Virus record (IMG/VR): IMGVR_UViG_3300028831_000183
Span: 1 to 46,835 of that record
Source of the DNA: a virus
Strand: one strand, 5' to 3'
Length of the DNA: 46,835 nucleotides
Below are positions 40,683 to 46,835 of this stretch, one piece after another; the stretch's first letter is position 1; every line of letters begins with the position of its first letter. The translations under genes were made by a program, and so were the position numbers. The notes beneath the pieces were generated by a model that was not told the DNA's origin, did not search any database, and saw only the letters and a list, made by a program, of their open reading frames with translations.

Positions 40683-42215
40683 TTATCGACCGCGCGCCGC
40701 TATCTTTGCTGCGCTTTCACTCATGCCAAATGAGAGCGGATCGGCAAACATCGCTTCTAGTTCCTTGTCGTACGCTTCTAGCTGTTTTGTAGGATCGCTT
40801 TCCGTAATCGGATCAACCGATCCAAATCCAGTAATCCCCCCTAACCCAAACGATGCGCCTAGTTGCTGTGCATATTGTAATTCCGCGTCAAGTGCTGCCT
40901 TGATTTGCGCCATGAATGCCGTCACGTCAACAGCGTCACGGCTTTCGACAAGCGGGGCACTAGCAGGTAGTGATGCGATCAGTTTTGCCTTGATAGGCGC
41001 TGGAACGCCGGTTAGTTGATCAAAATACGCTTGTACGATCGTTGCGGCGGCTTGACGCGCGTTTGTCTCGCGAATTACAGTCAATCCAGACGTAAGCGTT
41101 TGTACTGTTTCGCGCAACGCTGCTAGTTCTTCGGCCATGCTCATAGTATCATCTCCTGTTTGCGCGTTGCGCGCACTTTCAATCAATGGTAACACTTTTC
41201 CGCCAGCACCAGCAAGTGTTACATAGTCAACACTTTTAGCGCTCGTTATAGCTTCGATAATAGGCCCCTTGAAATCGCCTATCTGACCAATGCGCGCTTT
41301 TCCTGATGCGCGTATCGATGTACCGATCTCAGGGGCAATTACATCTAACGTTGACGCAAATGTAGGATTTACCTTCGCACGCGCGTATAGGCCCGGCCCG
41401 GCATCTTTTCCAGATGCATCGCGGTATCTATCTAGCCAGTACGCATCTTCGACAAGCGTTGATCCTATTTTTTCAACACTGCCCTCTGGCCGTGCGCTTT
41501 CCTCTTGCGGCGTCGGGTGATCAATGAAGTTATGCATACCCTTCGTGAAGACTTTAGGTCCGTCACGTTTGAGCACCTCTTGTGTGTAATATCCACTTGA
41601 TCCCTTGCCAGGTGCGATCAGTTTGAGCATGACTGTACCATCTTTTGACACAGCTTTCTCTACAAGCTGCACAGGTACGGTATCTTCGATTAACGCGGTT
41701 TCGGAGAGACTTTCGGAGGTTGACACAGGGGCAATATATGTTACCTTGCGCACAACACTTTGCGGTGTACCAAGAGTTACAACGCCGTTAGGCGACACAG
41801 CAAAATCGGTCTGAAAATACCCACCGCTGTAACCTTTACGGTAGACGAAATAGCCTTGATCCTCGTACACATCTGCTATGTACGTGTCATATCCGCTACC
41901 GCCCATCTGTTGCGTTAAAGCAGCTTGCAACAAAGACATTGTGTCTGATTGATTAAATGTGCCAGCTTCTTTAGCTGGCGCGTCTTTTGTTTTTGTTCGG
42001 GTAGGATCGTCGTCTTCTGTTTCTTCGTCGTCAAGCAAATCGCTTGTAGTTGCTTGCGCACGTACAGATCGCAACACCTGTACTAGCGCTTTTGCAGCTT
42101 GACGCAGTAAGTTTTCGTGTTTCGAGTTTAACGTACGACCTAATTCAGTAAGCGCAATATCTTCGCTTGCCGGTCGCGCGTTTTCGATCAATACTATGTC
42201 AAACAGGTATGACAT
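40683..42215 (-). CDS. Scaffolding and/or prohead protease-like protein
   Basis: 510 aa. Acidic linker (DDEETEDDD), a central globular part and a helical Ala-rich C-terminus. Lies between the MuF-like and capsid genes. Confidence 0.4.
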   Translation of the reverse strand: MSYLFDIVLIENARPASEDIALTELGRTLNSKHENLLRQAAKALVQVLRSVRAQATTSDLLDDEETEDDDPTRTKTKDAPAKEAGTFNQSDTMSLLQAALTQQMGGSGYDTYIADVYEDQGYFVYRKGYSGGYFQTDFAVSPNGVVTLGTPQSVVRKVTYIAPVSTSESLSETALIEDTVPVQLVEKAVSKDGTVMLKLIAPGKGSSGYYTQEVLKRDGPKVFTKGMHNFIDHPTPQEESARPEGSVEKIGSTLVEDAYWLDRYRDASGKDAGPGLYARAKVNPTFASTLDVIAPEIGTSIRASGKARIGQIGDFKGPIIEAITSAKSVDYVTLAGAGGKVLPLIESARNAQTGDDTMSMAEELAALRETVQTLTSGLTVIRETNARQAAATIVQAYFDQLTGVPAPIKAKLIASLPASAPLVESRDAVDVTAFMAQIKAALDAELQYAQQLGASFGLGGITGFGSVDPITESDPTKQLEAYDKELEAMFADPLSFGMSESAAKIAARGR

Positions 42216-42382
42216 TACTTAGCCTTTAAGCGCATCATTTCGTACGCTTCTAATGCTTGCGCTATACGTAGTGGTATATCTGCATTGTTAGGGTACTCTT
42301 TACTCAAAAGCGCATCTGTAGCTTTAAATTGCGCTTTCGTACGTGTAGAAAGAATTTTATCAATTAACTGATCTACGGTCAT
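42215..42382 (-). CDS. Small hypothetical protein (55 aa, below the ORF-track cut-off)
   Basis: Hand translation gives MTVDQLIDKILSTRTKAQFKATDALLSKEYPNNADIPLRIAQALEAYEMMRLKAK. ATGA overlap with the MuF stop and TAATG overlap with the next start. Confidence 0.5.
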   Translation of the reverse strand: MTVDQLIDKILSTRTKAQFKATDALLSKEYPNNADIPLRIAQALEAYEMMRLKAK

Positions 42383-43836
42383 TGGAGTACCTTATTTAGA
42401 GCTAAAAATTTCGTGCGTGCTTCATCGCCTTTAGGAAATTTCTTCTTGTATGCGTTACGTAGGTATTGCTTTCGATCGTCACATGTTTTGCTTAGCATAG
42501 ATGTGTAGAATGTTTCGTGATCGATCTCTAGTTCGTCAAGTGCGCTATTTAACGGCTTAATCCATCGATCATAGTAAGGGTGCTCTACAAATTCTTTCTC
42601 GAATAGTGCTTGATCAACGAATGAGTAATTGACGCTCTTTGCAATGCTAATCGCATGTAACTGCGCGTTTGCTTCGATAATTGCTTCTTCCCACCCTAAA
42701 CCCTCCAAATTAAAATCGCGTGTACCCTTTGAGCGCGAGTGTAGTAACTCGTGAATTAATGCCTTAAAGCGTTCGTCTTGTGCCGCTTTTTGCGTATACT
42801 TTGTACTTAGCGAAAGCTTTCCGGTAGCAGGATCATATAGACCCATTGCACGCATATCAACATTTGCGATCTGCTTATTCCAAAATGAACTAGTACTAGG
42901 AAATGCATCACCAATCGCATTGTTAACGTCAACTGCGTTTTGCTCATTGAAATCGTAAGGTACAAACTTTTGTGGTTTAATTTTCGCAACAGGTTGCGGT
43001 TCTGCAACAACTTTAATCCGCTGGTACTGCTCTACACATCGGCAACCTGGAAAACGTAAAGGGTGCATATCGCCGGACAAATGTGCTTGATTTAATGGTA
43101 TCCAATTTTGCGCTTGGTTATTCTTACAGCCGTCTGAAACCCTCAGGTCGCCTACAGTTAGCCAGTGCTTTTCCATCTGCACGCCGCTATCCTGAACGGC
43201 TTGCATCGATGCATGGCTCCCAGCAGCATAACCATTTCCCAATTCCGTGACGGCGATCAGTCGCGACCTAGAACGTGTGTTCTTGTCCGAACCTTCTGCA
43301 TACTGTCGAAATCGCGTGCGGATCGCACTGGCGATCGTCGTGTAGCTTTCGCCGTTTTCGATACCTGCTCGTAATAGATTTCTTATGTCCTGTTTTGTGA
43401 AATCGTCTATGCCAGTAATCTGATCGCTGCCATATTGCTGAATATACGCCGCCGCGCGCGGATTGTCAAGCTTAAATGAAATTTTTATTCCTGTTTCAGA
43501 TAGCTGATTTACGCTGCCCAAAAGCAATGTATTTTTGTACGATTGTGTTAATGCGTCAAGCATATCAACGCTTGTTGCTTGCGTTGCATCGTCAAATATA
43601 GCATCAAATTGGTTGCTTATCGCATCTTCTTTAAGCAATGATCTAATAGGCGACAATGCACGAACTAACGCATTGCCTTGACGAACAAAAAGCGTACCTA
43701 TTTGCGCATCTAGTTTCGCAATAGGTTTTGCTAGTACATCAGTAGCGATCAGCTTACGTCGTTTTGCCGCTTCCGTTAAGCGATGTAATGCTGTTTCGGC
43801 CTGTGTTATGCTGCTTATGAGTGCCGAGTAGCTCAA
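42379..43836 (-). CDS. MuF / SPP1 gp7-like head morphogenesis protein with a C-terminal HExxH domain
   Basis: 485 aa. MuF core: RLIAVTELGNGY...HWLTVGD...PGCRC. The C-terminal roughly 200 aa carry ALIHELLHS (HExxH), with GWEE about 20 residues later. Confidence 0.75.
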   Translation of the reverse strand: MSYSALISSITQAETALHRLTEAAKRRKLIATDVLAKPIAKLDAQIGTLFVRQGNALVRALSPIRSLLKEDAISNQFDAIFDDATQATSVDMLDALTQSYKNTLLLGSVNQLSETGIKISFKLDNPRAAAYIQQYGSDQITGIDDFTKQDIRNLLRAGIENGESYTTIASAIRTRFRQYAEGSDKNTRSRSRLIAVTELGNGYAAGSHASMQAVQDSGVQMEKHWLTVGDLRVSDGCKNNQAQNWIPLNQAHLSGDMHPLRFPGCRCVEQYQRIKVVAEPQPVAKIKPQKFVPYDFNEQNAVDVNNAIGDAFPSTSSFWNKQIANVDMRAMGLYDPATGKLSLSTKYTQKAAQDERFKALIHELLHSRSKGTRDFNLEGLGWEEAIIEANAQLHAISIAKSVNYSFVDQALFEKEFVEHPYYDRWIKPLNSALDELEIDHETFYTSMLSKTCDDRKQYLRNAYKKKFPKGDEARTKFLALNKVLQ

Positions 43837-45472
43837 TCAAACTTTCTTTCACATTCACAAGTGCTTCCTGTACGCCTTGCGCAGCTTGCATGAGATCGTT
43901 TGCTAGTTGATCCTCTGGTGCTTGTGTCGGTTCTGGTGCTATCGGATTGCCATCGGCATCTAGCGGATAGAGTTTATCAAGAATTTCGTCTATATCATTC
44001 TCCCCTAACGCTGTAAGGAACATACGCGCTAGCAATCGATCGTCATTTAAGATAGACGGCGTTGCACCGTCAAGCGTAGCAGCTGTCTTTACAGCCGTTA
44101 CATATTGTGTTAAATCATGTTCAATTACAGACGGAAAATCTATGTCAACATGTGTATTCACACCTTCTGACCATTCTATTACATCTTCGTTGTATTCGTT
44201 TTTTACAATCGTCGCAATACCGGATTGCTGAATACGTCCTTTAGACGCGCGTACACTGCAATATATAATAAATCCGATAATTGCATGGTATACAAATGCC
44301 CACAACGCCTGTCGATTGACAAATCCTAATTCCGTAGGGCGATCTAGGCTCTTTGCAGTTGCAAGCGTACCTACCGACACGTCGCCTAAAAACGTTTCAG
44401 GAATGCCGAAAGCAGCACAAACCATTAACAATAATCGCCGTCCGTCTTCTGCACTTGTTGTTGCCCCAGCCGTCCTTATCACGTCAACGTCGGCTTGTGA
44501 TACGCCTTCCGGCGTTTGCGAGCGTATAAAGCTACTACCCGCTGCGGGCGGCGGATTTTTTTCGCTTGTCGTCTTACTAATCGTCGTTGCGATCTTTGTT
44601 TTCGTTTTAGCGATCCCTGCTTGACCGCCGCTTGTTGTTATTTTCAACGCAAACCTTGCATACACTTGCATCAGTGTAGCCCAATTCGCAAGGAATTTCG
44701 TGTATGTTTTCGCCCAGAAAATGCCCGATAAGACTTCTGGTACACCAAATTTCCAATCGCTAAACCCACCTATTTTTACATGATACACAGGAATGTTGAT
44801 TATCTCTGTGTCGCCTATCTGTTTTGGCATAGATGCTGGTTTGTAATTCCAATCAGGATAGTATGCCATACGCTCTTTTGTTTCTGTTTCTCCAGTTTGC
44901 AGGTTTGTTGTTATCTCTGCCCATTGACGACGATAGAACCATACTTCTTTTTTATCGCCGGGGTTACAAATCATGTCCGTTACTTCGTCAACCGGAATGC
45001 TGCGTATGCGTACGCGCCCGGTTAACGGGTGAACAATGAATGCAAAAAAGATATTACCATCAACTTGTAGCTCTATCTCTTTCTGAATACGCGCTGGCTG
45101 CGATGTAATCTCAACCTGATTACGCAAATCGTCTAGAAATTCTTGGATCAGATCGTTGATTATGTCATCTTTTGCAGAGATGTTGACGCCTCTACCCCAA
45201 ACGTAATCTGACTTGACAGTAACGCCACGATTGATAAGCGGATTTTGGAGGTACATCAAACGCGCCATACTACCGATCGCCATAAGTCCTTGACGCGAGA
45301 GTTGTTGATCCTCAGCTGCCGCGCCGATGTTGATCCAATCGCGATCCTCCCTGATAAAATCCTCTAGCTCCGCTAGGCGTTCTGACAGGTAGCGATCACG
45401 CGCCGATGGATTGATCCAAATCGGCACACCGTTATCGCCTATTTCTTGTAGTGTGTAATTATTATCGCTCAT
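43754..45472 (-). CDS. Portal protein
   Basis: 572 aa. First gene of the late operon and followed by the MuF-like gene (SPP1-type order). Confidence 0.75.
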   Translation of the reverse strand: MSDNNYTLQEIGDNGVPIWINPSARDRYLSERLAELEDFIREDRDWINIGAAAEDQQLSRQGLMAIGSMARLMYLQNPLINRGVTVKSDYVWGRGVNISAKDDIINDLIQEFLDDLRNQVEITSQPARIQKEIELQVDGNIFFAFIVHPLTGRVRIRSIPVDEVTDMICNPGDKKEVWFYRRQWAEITTNLQTGETETKERMAYYPDWNYKPASMPKQIGDTEIINIPVYHVKIGGFSDWKFGVPEVLSGIFWAKTYTKFLANWATLMQVYARFALKITTSGGQAGIAKTKTKIATTISKTTSEKNPPPAAGSSFIRSQTPEGVSQADVDVIRTAGATTSAEDGRRLLLMVCAAFGIPETFLGDVSVGTLATAKSLDRPTELGFVNRQALWAFVYHAIIGFIIYCSVRASKGRIQQSGIATIVKNEYNEDVIEWSEGVNTHVDIDFPSVIEHDLTQYVTAVKTAATLDGATPSILNDDRLLARMFLTALGENDIDEILDKLYPLDADGNPIAPEPTQAPEDQLANDLMQAAQGVQEALVNVKESLIELLGTHKQHNTGRNSITSLNGSGKTT

Positions 45473-45476
45473 AGTG

Positions 45477-45556
45477 CTATATCGTGAAAAGACGATATTG
45501 AAACGCGAAATTACACGTTTTCAATACTAGCGTCTATCTGCGATCCATGATATACT
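45477..45556 (+). promoter_or_regulatory. Hairpin + class B promoter cassette, copy B
   Basis: 45477-45500 is identical to 26959-26982. A 30-nt spacer of the same length follows, then TAGCGT (45528-45533), N17 and TGaTATACT (45548-45556). Lies in the divergent gap next to the portal start. Confidence 0.55.
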
Positions 45557-45609
45557 ACGTTTGTCCGATAGACGATCGGACAGTTTACACGCTTCAGGAG
45601 CAAGCCCGT

Positions 45610-45825
45610 ATGAAAACAGAAACCTACGATGCAATCATGGCCCACCGCGATCAGATGATCTCTGTTCACACAGATACAAGCGCGCTACACATCGCAATCT
45701 TCGCAAGTCACGTTGACACAATCAAGGATATTGTCACGATCGCGCGTGCTGCCGGTTTGCGTGTCAAGAAAAACGTAATCGACAAAGGCGCGCCTGACGC
45801 TGAAACGCATCTCTCTATTCACTAG
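45610..45825 (+). CDS. Hypothetical protein
   Basis: 71 aa from the ATG with an AGGAG RBS. The track start at 45547 would overlap the promoter. Confidence 0.45.
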   Translation: MKTETYDAIMAHRDQMISVHTDTSALHIAIFASHVDTIKDIVTIARAAGLRVKKNVIDKGAPDAETHLSIH

Positions 45826-45855
45826 TTACCTCGTTAGAGGATAGGAGCAAATCCC

Positions 45856-46197
45856 ATGTACCACTTCGACAAGCCCATCAAAAAGATCGCCGCCGAAATT
45901 CGCAAGCTCGCAGACAGCTTAAAGATCGATAACATTCCACTCACCAGAAAGCGTAGCAAAGAATACGCTATCTACGTATCTGATGTGCCCTACCCAATTG
46001 GCACCCTGTACGTCACCTGTGGCCTGAACGACTACTACAGCGATCCTTACATTACCGTCAAGGCTGAGCTATTTGACGACAAGGGACGCAACAATACGAT
46101 CGGCATCGAAGATCAGACCACAGACGGCATCGCTTTTGCTATCGGCTTCACATGTGGTACTGCCATGTTTCGTCAACCGCGTTATCAGAACCACTAG
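45856..46197 (+). CDS. Hypothetical protein
   Basis: 113-aa ORF with a TAGGAG RBS. Confidence 0.5.
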   Translation: MYHFDKPIKKIAAEIRKLADSLKIDNIPLTRKRSKEYAIYVSDVPYPIGTLYVTCGLNDYYSDPYITVKAELFDDKGRNNTIGIEDQTTDGIAFAIGFTCGTAMFRQPRYQNH

Positions 46198-46209
46198 GAG
46201 CAACCGACC

Positions 46210-46392
46210 ATGGAAAAACAGATTAACGCTTGGCTCAAAAAGTATGGCCCGCAGTGTAACGATGCCGATTTCGGTTATGACGAAGATCAGATGTATGACG
46301 ATCTTTGCTACGACCTAGAAGTCAAAGGTGACGACTATCGCACCAGGGAGCAGGTTGTCAAACTCATTCGTGAGTATATTCGTACACATTAG
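46210..46392 (+). CDS. Hypothetical protein
   Basis: 60-aa acidic ORF with a TAGGAG RBS. Confidence 0.45.
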   Translation: MEKQINAWLKKYGPQCNDADFGYDEDQMYDDLCYDLEVKGDDYRTREQVVKLIREYIRTH

Positions 46393-46424
46393 CTACTGCG
46401 CTAGCAGACAAGAAAGGATCACCA

Positions 46425-46631
46425 ATGGATCAACTAGTTATCGACGTAGACGGCAATCGCCAAGCTGTTGTGCGTTTTAAGGGCGGATACAGGATCGGGT
46501 ACAAAACCGTCAGTGCCGCTATCAAAAACGCCGCTAGGCATGTTGCGCAATTCCCCGATAGCTACGATCCCAATCCGATCGTTGTAACTGCCGCCGCTGC
46601 CGCTCGTTTAGTAGAGGAGCCTAGATCATGA
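46425..46631 (+). CDS. Hypothetical protein
   Basis: 68-aa ORF with an AAAGGA RBS. Confidence 0.45.
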   Translation: MDQLVIDVDGNRQAVVRFKGGYRIGYKTVSAAIKNAARHVAQFPDSYDPNPIVVTAAAAARLVEEPRS

Positions 46632-46835
46632 ACTACAAGGAAACCGTCAACACGTTCGCCACCCAGTGGTGTGAGCTTGTCATCGAGCAAGAGCGCCTTA
46701 TCAACCTCGCTAATCGGCCTGTCTGTGGTAAGCCCGGCCATGGTTTCAAGGCCGCTCGCAAGGCCGCTAGAGCCAAGCGTGAAATCGATCAGCATCTTGC
46801 CACACTAGACGCGCAGATCAACAACTGGACAAGCC
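46628..46835 (+). CDS. Hypothetical protein, 5' part of the junction-spanning ORF (continues at 142..254)
   Basis: ATGA overlap with the previous stop. The frame is open to the window end and continues through the duplicated 141 bp to the stop at 252-254. Confidence 0.6.
   Translation, partial: MNYKETVNTFATQWCELVIEQERLINLANRPVCGKPGHGFKAARKAARAKREIDQHLATLDAQINNWTS
46695..46835. repeat. Terminal duplication, copy 2 (identical to 1-141)
   Basis: Exact 141-nt match to the start of the window. Confidence 0.95.

Noticed and set aside
1-46835. Searched for an integrase or lysogeny module, CRISPR repeats, and a reverse transcriptase (retron, DGR or group II intron).
   Set aside because: No tyrosine or serine recombinase, CI/Cro-like pair, repeat-spacer array or RT motif (YxDD) was seen in any listed ORF. 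The phage is probably virulent, or depends on host functions.

Overview
The window looks like one complete dsDNA tailed-phage genome with siphovirus-type tail genes. The unit length is about 46.7 kb. Bases 1-141 recur exactly at 46695-46835, and one ORF reads across that junction, so the ends are an assembly overlap or a terminal redundancy of a circular map.

Layout:
- Minus-strand operon 5576->296: two coiled-coil proteins, small and large terminase, two small ORFs, amidase endolysin, a free-standing HNH endonuclease, a holin, and two small ORFs.
- Divergent control region 5577-6121.
- Long plus-strand early/replication arm 6122->27790. It encodes a D12-class adenine methyltransferase, PrimPol/D5-type primase-helicase, MazG, an HTH protein, a DUF6011-like protein, HNH, a minimal GGDEF-type cyclase, RuvC, a SNF2 helicase, a Cas4/RecB-like nuclease, an AAA_24 ATPase, a DUF669-like protein, an FtsK-like ATPase, a BlaI-like regulator and a UDG-fused family A DNA polymerase.
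- Minus-strand late operon 45472->27855: portal, MuF-like protein with an HExxH tail, scaffold/protease-like protein, decoration-like protein, major capsid, connectors, major tail, G/GT chaperones with a -1 frameshift, tape measure, Dit and fibre/receptor-binding proteins.
- Short plus-strand block of small genes 45610->254 that separates portal from terminase.

I found no integrase, tRNA, CRISPR array or reverse transcriptase.

Most unusual items:
- A 541-nt ORF-free region (11011-11551) with a strong promoter, long-range perfect helices and a 23-bp perfect inverted repeat. It is a candidate large structured RNA or an origin.
- A phage-borne minimal GGDEF (SGDEF) enzyme.
- Two families of extended -10 promoters, plus a duplicated hairpin+promoter cassette.
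- A 19-nt motif shared by two 5' UTRs.
- A 21-bp perfect palindrome around an A9T10 tract in the divergent control region.
- Strong CGATCG enrichment.

All functional calls come from by-eye motif recognition. No database search was run.
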